Source: an uncultured delta proteobacterium
GTDB taxonomy: Bacteria > Desulfobacterota > Binatia > Bin18
DNA length: 64,000 nucleotides
Assembly (NCBI GenBank): GCA_963733195.1
Contig: CAVTCR010000065.1
Location: forward strand, 64,001 to 128,000
Reading direction: 5' to 3'
This document shows, piece after piece, positions 30,663-41,063 of the stretch (the first letter of the stretch is position 1; each line of letters starts with the position of its first letter). Under the pieces are notes generated by a model. That model saw nothing but the letters and a program-made list of their open reading frames with translations. It had not been told where the DNA came from and did not search any database. Position numbers and translations under genes: made by a program.

Positions 30663-31112
30663 ATGGGAGAGCCAGGAGCGCAGACCGGTGAAGCCACCGT
30701 CACTGCGATCACGAGGTGGGTGGAACACGCCGCGACGGGGATCGAGTTACTCGCCGTCGTGATCATCGTGGCGGTGATCCTCACAGCGACCGTCCTGTAT
30801 GTGTCCCAGGTCCTGGCCCAGCAGGCGGACGTACTCACCTACAAGAACTACCGTCAGCAGGTCGCACGCGCCTTGCTCCTGGGGCTGGAAATCCTGGTGG
30901 CCGCCGATGTCATCCGCACCGTCGCTCTGGAGCCGACATTACAGAACGTGCTTGTCCTGGGTCTACTGGTGCTGATCCGCACTTTCTTGGGATGGTCACT
31001 CGTGGTTGAGATTGAGGAACGCTGGCCTTGGCAGCCGTTACGAGTGGAAACAGAAGGTAGTCACGCTGGCAGCAAAGGGGCACGCGAGGCTCGCAGTGAA
31101 GAGCGCGGGTGA
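30663..31112 (+). CDS. DUF1622 membrane protein
   Basis: YRQQVARALLLGLEILVAADVIRTV..LGLLVLIRTFLGWSL.VEIEERWPWQ. Confidence 0.92.
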   Translation: MGEPGAQTGEATVTAITRWVEHAATGIELLAVVIIVAVILTATVLYVSQVLAQQADVLTYKNYRQQVARALLLGLEILVAADVIRTVALEPTLQNVLVLGLLVLIRTFLGWSLVVEIEERWPWQPLRVETEGSHAGSKGAREARSEERG

Positions 31113-31367
31113 AGGCGGCAGTCGAGAGAACAAGAACAACAGTTTGAGTGAAAGTGGCTTCATCTGTAAAAGTCAAGACTTGATCTGACAAAGTGTGAGA
31201 TTTCTCTTCGTTGTCAGGTTGATCACAGTGTCCGCTCGACTACGCCGCTTCGCAGCGTAGAGGGTGCTTCAGAAGCGCACAATTTTGGCATAGAGACACT
31301 AGTAGGAAATGACTTACTCGCCGTGCAGCCCCGGCGACAAAGATGGCACCAGGTATGAGAATGTTTC

Positions 31368-32219
31368 TTGGTCATTGTCCTGATAAGCGTGCTGACAACG
31401 GCTTGCCGCTTAACTGGCGTCCAACCCCTTGTTGCCGCTCACCGTCGAGCAACAGTCGCTTCCCCCCGCATCACCATCGTCAGTTGGAACGTTCACAAAC
31501 AGCGCGACACGCGCCTGCAAGCGGATCTCCACGCCCTCCTTCGTCAGCAGCGTCCAGCGTTGGTGTTTCTCCAGGAAGCTACGGCGGCGTTGCTAGACTC
31601 AACGCCTATGCCTGGCCACTTCGCTCCCAGTTGGCAATACCCATTGCTTGATGGGTCTGCGTCTGGGGTGCTGACCTTCTCGCAGGTCGCTCCGACCCGG
31701 AACGAGGTGATACCGACGCGCTGGCGGGAACTCTTTCTCGCCACGCCCAAGGTGGCCTTGGCCACGGAGTATCTCCTGCCCGATGGCGCCCGGTTGCTGA
31801 CTGTCAACGTGCATTGCCTGAATTTCGAGCGTTGGGGGACGTTGAAGTTCCGCTCGCAGCTCACTGCGCTCCAGGGGCTGATGGCCAAGCATACGGGCCC
31901 GATTCTTCTGGTCGGGGATTTCAACACCTGGAATCAGCGGCGGCTGCGGCTCGTGACGGCCCTGGCGCGGGACCTCCAGCTGATGGAAGTGAGAGGGTTT
32001 TCCGGCGCCCTCAAGACGGGGGATCGCCAGTCCGCGGCTTTGAACTGGCTTTTGGGCATTGATCGAGATCTCTCGCTTGATCGGGTCTACTATCGTGGCT
32101 TATCTCTCCTCTCTGCCACGGTGTTGCCCTTTACGTCGTCTGACCATCGCGCACTGCAGGTGACCTTTGCCGTGGAGGGTGAGGTCCTACGCCCTGGATT
32201 CCCGCTTTCGCGGGAATGA
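31368..32219 (+). CDS. endonuclease/exonuclease/phosphatase family protein (YafD-like)
   Basis: VSWNVHK..FLQEA..VNVHCLNF..GDFNTW..LDRVYYRG..SSDH. The last residues derive from a palindromic repeat. Confidence 0.9.
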   Translation: MVIVLISVLTTACRLTGVQPLVAAHRRATVASPRITIVSWNVHKQRDTRLQADLHALLRQQRPALVFLQEATAALLDSTPMPGHFAPSWQYPLLDGSASGVLTFSQVAPTRNEVIPTRWRELFLATPKVALATEYLLPDGARLLTVNVHCLNFERWGTLKFRSQLTALQGLMAKHTGPILLVGDFNTWNQRRLRLVTALARDLQLMEVRGFSGALKTGDRQSAALNWLLGIDRDLSLDRVYYRGLSLLSATVLPFTSSDHRALQVTFAVEGEVLRPGFPLSRE

Positions 32220-32358
32220 TCTTCCCTGGTGCATTTCGGGAAAAACTTGCTTCTAAAAGAAGGGAAAGATAGGAAGATCTTGCAGCCCGCGGTCTATAGC
32301 CTTAAGCCTTGCCCATGGTGACTATTGACTGCTCGATTATACAAAAGGAGGAGAAGTT

Positions 32359-33562
32359 ATGACTAGTCGTTTGCCGTTTATCGACAGTGATGCGCATGTC
32401 ATAGAGCCGGTCGGACATGTTCGAGAAATATCTGGAGCCCAAATTTCGCGATCGGATGCCATACGCCTGCGCCGATTATCAAGGAGAACCGTTGGCGTTC
32501 GGTTTTGAGTTAAGAATTCCCGCACCCAATGGCGGCGAATACGTGATGCCCTTTGGTCGTGATCCGCTGACGGGTAAGAATACCATCGATCAGCATTCTC
32601 ATTTTGCTTCGCTTGAGGCGGGGTCGCGTATCGCGTTACCCGGCCAGGATGATGCCTATGCGGAATTCGCACGTCAGGGATTTCCGCCTGAGATGTATAA
32701 ACTGGCGATGGAGCGGACAGGGATCGATTACATGGTTGTGTATCCCTCGGCTGGGTTATTGACGACGGCGGTTCCCGACCTCGAAGCGGATAGAGCCGCA
32801 GCATATCGTCGCGCCTATAACAATTGGCTGCACGATTTTTGTTCAGCGACAGAAGGGCGCGTCTTCGGCGCAGCCTCTGTGGATTTGCGCGATGCAGAAG
32901 AAGCCGCTCGCGAAGCCCGCCGGTGTGTGAAGGAGTTCGATTTCAAGGCCGTGCACATCAACCCGGTGCCAGTCGGCGAGCACCGGCTCTACGACGATTT
33001 CTATGAACCCTTATGGAATACGTTGGAAGATCTGAACGTACCGCTCGCGGTCCATACCGGCACCGGAACTACCGCTGATGAGATGCTCTATTACTATCTG
33101 CCGCGGTTGCGGACAGCGCAAACGACAGTGGCCTTTACGATGGGTAACATGCTGGCGTGTACGGCCTTGATCATGGGTGGAGTGCTCGAACGTCATCCCA
33201 AGCTTAGGGTCGTGCATTTGGAGTCTGGCGCCGGCTGGGTGCCGTTTTGGCTCGATCGTCTTGCCGCGAGCGTACAAGGCGGCTTCCGCGGCTTGGATAT
33301 TCCAGGTCTGAAGCTGCATCCCATGGAGTACTTCAAGCGGCAGTGCTTCGTCTCCGCCGATCCTGATGATCCGGGGATCAAACAAGTCATTGACTATCTT
33401 GGCGACGAGAACATTGTGACCGCCACCGATTTCAGCCATCCAGAAGGACGCCGCTATGAGGTCGCGGTCAAAGAGATTATGGAGCTGCCGGGCGTGTCGC
33501 TCGAAAGCAAGAAGAAAATCATGTGGGACAATGCGCTGAAGTTGTATCCAATTCGCCCGTAG
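32359..33562 (+). CDS. amidohydrolase_2 family protein (one frameshift near 32415)
   Basis: FIDSDAHVIEP..AYNNWL..LAVH..LESGAGW..ATDFSHPEG..DNALKLY. Confidence 0.92.
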
Positions 33563-33574
33563 AAAGAGAACCCT

Positions 33575-33785
33575 GTAGGGCGGGCTATGCCTGCCAGTGA
33601 GGGGCTAAATCGAACCACAGGAGATTGGCACAGTCCCTGACAGAAATCCCCCCGCGCGAAGCCTGTAGTGAGCCCTTCGACTCCGCTGCGCTGCGCTCAG
33701 GACAGGCTTTGCGAAAGGGGCATTTGGGTTCCTTCCTTTGGCCTGCCACCGGCCACAGGTGGAAAAGGAGGGACAGGGAGGATTT
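33575..33785. repeat. cluster of REP-like palindromes
   Basis: GTAGGGCGGGC..., and AAATCCCCCC...GGAGGATTT enclosing CCTTCGACTCC..GCTCAGGACAGGC. Confidence 0.55.
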
Positions 33786-33885
33786 CACAGCAAGTGTAAA
33801 TGTCTGTGGAGAAATCGAAGCATCCCTCTGCGTAGGCAGCGAAGCAGCAGCGCGGCATGCATTCAGACAGAAGGAAGAGAGCTTT

Positions 33886-35089
33886 ATGACAAGCAAGACG
33901 TACGACATCATCACAGTTGGTGGTGGCTTAGGCGGTGCAGCTTGGCCAAGGCGATGGCCGAACATGGGCACGGGTGCTGGTAGTCGAGCGCGAGACAGCA
34001 GTTCAAGGATCGAGTGCGGGGAGAGTTCTTGGCACCCTGGGGTGTGGCCGAAGCACGGGAACTCGGTATCTACAACCTCCTACGGGACACTTGTGGACAA
34101 GATTTACCCTGGTTTGACCAATATTTTGGAGTGGTGCGAGGAGAGCGCCGGGACTTTGCCGCCACGACCCCGCAGCATCTGCCAGCTTTCACCTTTTACC
34201 ATCCTGCAATGCAAGAAGTGTTACTGCAAGCTACTAGTGAGGCAGGAGCAGAGGTCCGCCGAGGTGCTCACGTGCGCAACGTGAAGCCAGGAAGGACACC
34301 ATCGGTGACGGTGGAATACGACGGCAACGAGGAAGAACTTCATCTCGGCTCGTCATCGGAGTCGATGGCCGAGCCTCGATGGTACGCAATTGGGCGGGCT
34401 TTCCTGTGCAGCATGACCCGGAACAGTTGCTCATAGCCGGAGTGTTGCTTGAGGGGATGAGGGTGCTTGAAGACAATGTCTTCCACATTGTCTCTACCCC
34501 AGGAGTGAGTGGGGTCTTTTTGGCTCCGCAGGGGAATCAGCGAGTGCGCGCATATCTAGTCTGGCATAGAGAGGCGCAATACCGATTGCAAGGGGAAAAG
34601 GACTTGTCACGTTTCATCGCGGAATCAGTCAGAACTGGTGGCGCAGCAGAATGGTATGCTGGTGTGAGAGCGAACGGTCCACTTGCTACTTTTGAAGGAG
34701 CTGACACGTGGGTGGAGCATCCGTACAAGGAGGGAATAGTCCTTGTCGGAGATGCAGCAGCCGCGACCGATCCAACTTATGGGCAAGGCTTGTCTCTAAC
34801 CGTGCGCGACGTGCGAGTCTTACGCGATGCCCTCCTCAATCACGAGGACTGGGACGTGGCAGGGCATGCCTATGCAGTGGAACGCGACCGATACTACAAC
34901 GCAATCCACACCATCACGCGCTGGTCAACGCAGGTGTTTTACGAGCCGGGACCGACTGCCGATGCCCGCCGCGCTCAAGCGCTCCCCCTCATTGCGCAAG
35001 ACCCCACCCGTGTACCTGACCACGTTTTCAGCGGACCGGAACTGCCAGTGAATGAGACCGTCAGACGACGATTTTTCGGAGAGGAATAG
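33886..35089 (+). CDS. FAD-dependent oxidoreductase/monooxygenase (frameshifted)
   Basis: YDIITVGGGLGG, VLVVERE, RVRGE, DG, LVGDAAAATDPTYGQGLS. Confidence 0.9.
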
Positions 35090-35165
35090 AAAAATACCCT
35101 ACAGCCTGGGAATTTTGTCTCCGCTACTTGATTCCTAGCCGTTTACTTTGTGAAACGTATGAATC

Positions 35166-35498
35166 ATGAAATTGCCTAACGGAGGACGTGCATACCTTGG
35201 AACGAAATTGGAAGAGTACACTCTCAATCCGCTCCATCGCGATGGCAGAAACAAGGCGCGTGTATTTGATTCAGTGCTCGGCATCACCCTCGCTAATGCC
35301 GATGTTTTACGCGACGCGCTTCACAGCGCTGCGGCTCATACTGACAGTGCTGAATCGAGAGGCGACAATGGCTTTGGCAATGTCTATGTCGTGCGGTTTC
35401 CTCTGAGAACAACGAAGGGTGCTGCGACCATAATAAGTGGGTGGATTATTCGTCACGGAGAAGACTTTCCTCGACTGACCACTTGCTATATCGTGTGA
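35166..35498 (+). CDS. DUF6883-like protein (putative toxin/nuclease)
   Basis: MKLPN..KLEEYTLNPLHRDGRNKARVF..LGI..FG..Y..W..PRLTTCY. Confidence 0.8.
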   Translation: MKLPNGGRAYLGTKLEEYTLNPLHRDGRNKARVFDSVLGITLANADVLRDALHSAAAHTDSAESRGDNGFGNVYVVRFPLRTTKGAATIISGWIIRHGEDFPRLTTCYIV

Positions 35499-35501
35499 GG
35501 T

Positions 35502-35747
35502 ATGAATGACGATATCCATCTGCATGATGTCGTGGCTTTGTTAGAAGACTTAGCAGCCGCGCATTTCGAAACAGGGCAGCCACTCCGCTTGCGCCGCGGT
35601 CAAATCGGTACAGTTGTCATGACCTACGACGGTGCGACGTTCGAGGTGGAATTTTCTGGGCCGGACGGGCATGCCTACGCGATTCTGCCAGTTGCTGCGA
35701 ATAAGCTCATAGTCCTGCGGGACACACCCGAGGAGGCCGCTGCGTGA
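35502..35747 (+). CDS. DUF4926 domain protein (putative antitoxin/immunity)
   Basis: LHDVVALLEDL..LRRGQIGTVV..FEVEFS..G.AYA. Confidence 0.88.
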   Translation: MNDDIHLHDVVALLEDLAAAHFETGQPLRLRRGQIGTVVMTYDGATFEVEFSGPDGHAYAILPVAANKLIVLRDTPEEAAA

Positions 35748-35809
35748 TCGACGCGCGAGTCTTTCACCGATAGCTTTCTTTCAATACCTTAGAAGAGTTG
35801 ATTGCCCAT

Positions 35810-35878
35810 TTATGATAATTCCTCCAGCAGCCCCTTCGCCTCTCGCAAGTCCTTCGTGTCAAACCCCTCAGTGAACCA
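35810..35878 (-). pseudogene. 3' remnant of AAA-TPR gene
   Basis: Manual translation [22 protein letters not shown]. Confidence 0.85.
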
Positions 35879-35951
35879 AGTGTTCAATGCACTGTCCCTG
35901 ACCCACCCAGAGGGCAGGCTTGAGACTTTGGGATATAGGATTTAGATGAAG

Positions 35952-36024
35952 AGTAGGGTGGGTACCTCCCACCGTGCCTACCCCGGCGAACTCCTCTTCA
36001 TGGTGGGCCAAGCTCACCCTACGT
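35952..36024. repeat. inverted pair of GTAG-type REP-like elements
   Basis: GTAGGGTGGG... and ...CTCACCCTAC. Confidence 0.6.
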
Positions 36025-36128
36025 TGAGAGAGGCTCTGTAAAAATTAGAGGAATTGGTGGCGTTCTTTGTTCACATTCTGGGGCAAGAGCAGTGGCCATG
36101 CGGGCCATAACCGGGAATACCCTGAAAA

Positions 36129-36169
36129 TGTTCAGTCGGAATGAACAATTTGTTCACCCTATTGTTACG
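36129..36169 (+). promoter_or_regulatory. shared operator/promoter motif, copy 1
   Basis: TGTTCA-N7-TGAACA-N3-TGTTCA-N8-TTACG. Confidence 0.6.
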
Positions 36170-36218
36170 CTTACATCATAAGCAAACCAAAAAAATCCTA
36201 ACGAAGGAGGGATATCAT

Positions 36219-36593
36219 ATGGCAGCAGGAAAACAGGTCGGGGAATTTTCGCTCAAGACCACCTCACTCACCTTGACGCCTGGACCAGGTGGTAGTGTTC
36301 TCGTGCAAGGGAATTTCGAAGGATCCTCCGCAGCCTTTGGGACCATCCTCCGCACGGCAACGTTCGTGAGTGTGGGGGCTAAGAGCGGGACCTATAGTGT
36401 GTGTGCGGCGGCGTACCTGGAGAATGGTGACAGCCTCACTGGCAACGGTCAGGGGACCTTTGAGAGTATCGGCCGCCACAAATGGCGTGCCCAGGAGTTG
36501 ATCCACATCTCCGATGGCCGGACCTTCAATGTCGAAAGTGAGATTGACTTTGCCACGCGCACGTGGACCGGGAAGATCTTCGAGAGAAGCTGA
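36219..36593 (+). CDS. hypothetical beta-rich protein
   Basis: AAGGAGG RBS. MAAGKQVGEFSLK...WTGKIFERS, 124 aa. Confidence 0.75.
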   Translation: MAAGKQVGEFSLKTTSLTLTPGPGGSVLVQGNFEGSSAAFGTILRTATFVSVGAKSGTYSVCAAAYLENGDSLTGNGQGTFESIGRHKWRAQELIHISDGRTFNVESEIDFATRTWTGKIFERS

Positions 36594-36660
36594 GCGGACT
36601 GAGGGTCACCGGTCGGGTGGGTCACGACCCATCCGACCGGGCTCTGTGAGGAGTGAAACT

Positions 36661-37442
36661 ATGGAGCTTGTCGAACGAGTGAGCGCTGCCTATGCGTGGC
36701 AGCGCGCCCTGGGCCACCAGGCCGTACAGGATTCCCTCTGCTGTATCGTGAGGGACCCTGAGCATCCAGATGTATGGGACGCTAATCACGTCAGTAGCGT
36801 GCGTGCAAGCGCAACGGCAGAAATCGACCAGGTGCTACAGCGGGGAGACGAGGCCCTGCCCATTGCCACCACCGTCTCTTTATCATCGATCCGCTCACCC
36901 CACCGGCGTTCGTGGCACGGCTGGCATTAGATGATTACCAGGAGCTGACACCTACGATTCAGCTCGTACTGGATGGCTCGTTGCGAGCCAAACCTCGAAG
37001 CATTGATCTTCGTCCGGTGATAACCGAGGCAGACTGGCAATCTCTTTCCATGCTCGTCCGACACAACCATGCCGAAGGAGCGAGTACCCAAGGCGTGAGT
37101 GTCCCTCCGGAAGTCACGCAAGGACTCGTCGCCAGCTATCGCAAGAAATGGCCAGCGTGTCAGTTTTTCCTGGTGCATGAGGACGGCGTAGACTGTGCCT
37201 ATGGTGCTGGTGTGCTCTGTGCCAATGGGATGGGTATGGTTGAAGACTTGTTTACCCTGCCAGACTTTCGCAAGCGTGGCATTGCGACGGCGATCATCGC
37301 ACAGGCGATCTCTCATGTGCGCAGTCAAGGTGCAGAACAAATCTTGATCGGAGCCCTCGCGACCGAAGCGCTAAAACGGCTCTATGTCGCGCTCGGATTT
37401 ATACCTATCTGTGTGACACGGGAATATATCAAGCATTTATGA
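36661..37442 (+). CDS. GNAT family N-acetyltransferase (frameshifted)
   Basis: MELVERV..PDVWDANH, then VEDLFTLPDFRKRGIAT..LYVALGF. Confidence 0.85.
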
Positions 37443-37653
37443 CAAAGAATTCTTCGCAAGGTTGGAGTGGCGTTGATCGGCGACGCTGCAGCAACGTGCA
37501 ACCCGAATCTCTGGCCAGGGACTTTCTCTCACCCTGCGTAGCGTTCGGCTCTTACGCCATCAGCTCCTCAATCATGAAAATTGAGACGTCGCTGAGCATG
37601 CGTCGCCGCCATTACCATGTGAGGCTGAATGTCGTATAGATTGTCTCTCGTGC

Positions 37654-37667
37654 ATTACCGTGGTAAT
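37654..37667. promoter_or_regulatory. TA operator palindrome
   Basis: ATTACC-GT-GGTAAT immediately upstream of the AbrB-type antitoxin. Confidence 0.6.
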
Positions 37668-37679
37668 TGCCATAGCATT

Positions 37680-37940
37680 ATGACGATTGCACATTCAAAA
37701 CTCACCGCTCAGGGACAAATCTCCGTACCAGTAGAAGTGCGGCGGAGACTGGGCATTGGTCCAGGGTCGGTACTGGAATGGGACGAAGACGATGGGCAGA
37801 TCATTGTTCGTCGTGTGGGCCGCTACACTTCGGAGGAGGTGCATAAAGCGTTGTTCCCAGAATCGCCGAAGCCGCGGACGCTCGATGAGATGAAAGAAGG
37901 AGTACGACGATATATGAAGGGGCGCTATGCGCGCCGTTGA
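37680..37940 (+). CDS. AbrB/MazE/SpoVT-family antitoxin
   Basis: SKLTAQGQISVPVEVRRRLGIGPGSVLEW. Confidence 0.92.
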   Translation: MTIAHSKLTAQGQISVPVEVRRRLGIGPGSVLEWDEDDGQIIVRRVGRYTSEEVHKALFPESPKPRTLDEMKEGVRRYMKGRYARR

Positions 37941-38307
37941 CACCAACGTCTTGGTGCGGCTCGCGACACGGGACGATGCCAAGCAAGTGGCGGCAGCAGA
38001 GGCGTTCATCGCTACAGGAGCATGGGTATCGCATCTCGTTCTGGTGGAGGCCATGTGGGTGTTGGCCTCGGTGTACGACCTTGGTCCAGCAGCCATTGCA
38101 ACCGCAGTCGAGATGTTTCTCAACCACAGAGATCTCTCATTGCAAGATGCAGACGTAGTCGCGGCTGCGCTTGCGCATTTTCGCAAACGGCCCAAGCTCG
38201 GCTTCTCTGATTGCCTAGTGCTGGAAGTGGCTCGGAAGGCTGGTCATGTGCCGCTCGGTACGTTTGACCACGAGCTGAGTAAACTCGATGGTGCACAGCG
38301 ATTGTGA
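37927..38307 (+). CDS. vapC: PIN-domain toxin (VapC family)
   Basis: VDTNVLVR..E..WVL..FSDCL..TFD. Overlaps the antitoxin. Confidence 0.92.
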   Translation: MRAVDTNVLVRLATRDDAKQVAAAEAFIATGAWVSHLVLVEAMWVLASVYDLGPAAIATAVEMFLNHRDLSLQDADVVAAALAHFRKRPKLGFSDCLVLEVARKAGHVPLGTFDHELSKLDGAQRL

Positions 38308-38352
38308 TTCTATCGGGAAAACGCACCAATTGATAAAGAAGGAGCGAGCAGG

Positions 38353-38495
38353 ATGAAGTTCTCCGAGATGGCAGCAGCAAGGCAAGAAGGACAAAGCCCG
38401 ACAGATGTTGGCGGAGGTTTACAACTGGTTCACTGAGGGGTTTGTTACGAAGGATTTGCAGGATGCAAAAGCGCCTTCTCGATGAACTCCAATAG
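38353..38495 (+). pseudogene. internally deleted AAA-TPR gene (first codons joined to last codons)
   Basis: MKFSEM joined at TGG to [35 protein letters not shown]. Confidence 0.85.
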
Positions 38496-38519
38496 ACAAC
38501 CAGAAAGGATCGACAAGGT

Positions 38520-38807
38520 ATGACCCGTATCCATATCGAGTCCGACCAAAAAGAAACAGTTGCTACACTCGTGGGAAATTCGCTGGTGATGCAGCAAAAG
38601 CTGCTGCTGGCTGGACTCAGACGCACCAAGGCCCGACTTAAAGCCTTCGAGAAAGAATTTGGTCAATCCAGCCAGAAGTTCTACCGCGCCTACCAAGCAG
38701 GAACGATGGGAGACGAGGAAAAAATCATGGAATGGGCAGGGGAGTGGGAAACCTACCAAGAGCTGACAAGGGCTCTGGCGTTGCTGAAGGAAGCTGAAGT
38801 TTGTTGA
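38520..38807 (+). CDS. putative antitoxin paired with DUF6516
   Basis: RLKAFEKEFGQSSQKFYRAYQAGTMGD..MEW. Overlaps the next gene. Confidence 0.75.
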   Translation: MTRIHIESDQKETVATLVGNSLVMQQKLLLAGLRRTKARLKAFEKEFGQSSQKFYRAYQAGTMGDEEKIMEWAGEWETYQELTRALALLKEAEVC

Positions 38808-39202
38808 TCGACCAGTACTTTGTTCGTCTGGAGCAGACGCTTGCTTCTCACCCTCATGTGGTGCAGACGACCCTTATTAAGGACAAACGTGCTCCTCACA
38901 TTGGTTTTGTGAAGGGGACCATCCTGTTTTCCCAAGGAATTCAGCTCTCCCTGATGGAATTCGTTCAGACCGAACCGCGACTGGTGAAGACCAAGTACCG
39001 CTATCACTGCCAAGATGCCAAGGGGAAACTCCTGTTCCGGTACGACAATGCTCCTCATCACCAGACCAGCACGTTCCCGCACCATAAGCATATACGGATG
39101 GGCGCCAAGGGAGAAACAATCGGTGCCAGCTCGCCCCCTTCGATAGAGGTTCTCTTGGATGAGGTCGTAGACCTTCTAGAGCAAGAAACTCACGATTCTT
39201 GA
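38801..39202 (+). CDS. DUF6516 / TumE-like toxin
   Basis: KYRYHCQD..LFRYDNAPHH..TFPHHKH. Confidence 0.85.
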   Translation: MLIDQYFVRLEQTLASHPHVVQTTLIKDKRAPHIGFVKGTILFSQGIQLSLMEFVQTEPRLVKTKYRYHCQDAKGKLLFRYDNAPHHQTSTFPHHKHIRMGAKGETIGASSPPSIEVLLDEVVDLLEQETHDS

Positions 39203-39356
39203 AAGGAGGGATGTCAGCTAATCTCTGTTGCGCCATTACATCGCACCACGAGCAAACAATGTCATAAACCCTAATCACAATACTATAGGAGTTGCTCATG
39301 AAGCTCGCACGCTTCACCAAAGAGCATGAAAATCTATTTTCATGGGAGGGACCTAT

Positions 39357-40417
39357 ATGAAAGCACTGGCCTTTTTAGGCATTGGGAAAGTTGGCATCGT
39401 TGAGAAGCCTATTCCCGGACCCGGGGCCGAATGACGCAGTCATTAAAACTACGGCGTGCATTGATCTGCACGTCAGATGTCCATATGGTGCGCGGTGTTA
39501 TTCCGCCTGCCGGAAGGACGTGGGCTCGGGCACGAAAGCGTTGGCATTGTCTATAAAGCGGGTGCGAATTTCTCGCGTTGTAAAGAAGGCGATCGCGTCA
39601 CGGTTTGCGCCATCACGCCATGTGGTAAATGCAAGGATTGTCAGCGTGGCTTTCCCTCACAGTGTGGCGGAGTCATGCTCGGCGGGATACAAGTTCACGA
39701 CCCAACGTGAGGGAAATATGGCGGAATACTTTTTCGGTCAATGATGCTAACTACAATCTGACGCCAATTCCGAAGACCCTCACTGACGAACAAGCCTTGT
39801 ACATAACGGACATGCTGACCACTGGATTAGCGGGCGCGGAGAATGCTGAGATCCCTCCTGGTGGGACTGTCGCAGTTTTTGCCCAAGGGCCAGTTGGTTT
39901 GTGTGCGACGATGATGGCGAGGCTGTTGGGCGCGGGCTTCGTGATCGCTGTTGAATCAAAACCTGATCGCAAAGCGTTCGCGCAGAAAGTTGGGGCTGAT
40001 GTAGTGGTTGATCCCAGTCAAGGTGATGTGGTCGAACAGATTAGACAACTGACTGGTGGGGAAGGCGTGGATTCTGCCATTGAGGCGCTCGGTCATCCGG
40101 TAACGTTCGAGAATTGCCTCAAGGTGACACGCCCAGGCGGGGTGATTTCCAACATTGGCTTTCATGGCGAGGAGGGCAATACCTTGAGTATTCCACTACC
40201 CGAGTTCGGCCTCGGCATGGGCGACAAGAAGATTCGCACGGCGCTCTGCCCAGGCGGGCGCGAGCGCATGAGCCGTCTCTTACGGCTGCTGGAAAACGGG
40301 CGCGTCGATCCTACCCCGCTCACGACACATCGGTTCCCGTTCACTCAGGTCGAGCGCGCGTTTCATATGATGGAGACAAAGGAAGATAACATCATCAAGC
40401 CACTGATTACGTTTTAG
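39357..40417 (+). CDS. zinc-dependent NAD(P) alcohol dehydrogenase (frameshifted)
   Basis: CTSDVH, LGHE, PCGKCKDCQRG, DMLTTG, FAQGPVGL, LCPGGRERM, IIKPLITF. Confidence 0.93.
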
Positions 40418-40510
40418 ATGGCAGGTCAGCGCAGAAACTTGCATCGACGGATACATCTCTGGTAACCAAAAGAGTGGCACCCACCGCTTGATAAAGAGGG
40501 AGCGAGCAGG

Positions 40511-41042
40511 ATGAAGTTTTCCGAAATGGTCGATCAAGCCAGGGAGTTTCTGCAACGCAGAGAACGCGTTTCGTATAGGGTGCTGAAACGCGAATTCGAC
40601 CTGGATGACGAGTCACTCGAAGATCTGAAAGCGGAACTGATCGATGCCCAGCGCAGCGCCGTCGATGAAGATGGGAAAGTGTTCGTCTGGGCAAACAGTT
40701 TAGCGTCTAGTGTCCAGAGTCTAGGGTCTGGAGTCCGAACAAATCAGAGAGGGTAAAGAGCAAAAATCAAAAGTCAGAAAATACCGATCCCCGACCCCTA
40801 ACCCCCGATCCCCAAAGCCGAAGCCGAGATGTGTTTCCTCAAAGCTATAGAGATCTCAGAAGCAACAGGCCAAGTCGCTCGAACTCCGTGCGTCAACCAG
40901 CCTTGCGCGTCTGTGGCAGCAGCAAGGCAAGAAGGACGAAGCCCGACAGATACTGGCGGAGATTTACAACTGGTTCACCGAAGGATTTGATACGAAAGAC
41001 TTGCAAGAGGCGAGGACGTTGTTGGACGAGTTGAAAGGTTAG
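40511..41042 (+). pseudogene. internally deleted cyclase/AAA-TPR gene (N-terminal domain joined to C-terminal TPR through a heptamer repeat)
   Basis: MKFSEMVDQAREFLQRRERVSYRVLKREFDLDD..DEDGKVFVW, repeat tract, [43 protein letters not shown]. Confidence 0.85.
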
Positions 41043-41063
41043 CAACCAGATTCATACCGCTGG

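Noticed and set aside
36142-36156. LexA SOS box
   Set aside because: Spacing is GAAC-N5-GTTC, not the N4 Firmicutes/Actinobacteria box, and the downstream genes are not repair genes. Kept as an unknown motif.
35100-41050. Classical integron or prophage
   Set aside because: No integrase, attC-type sites or phage structural genes are visible.
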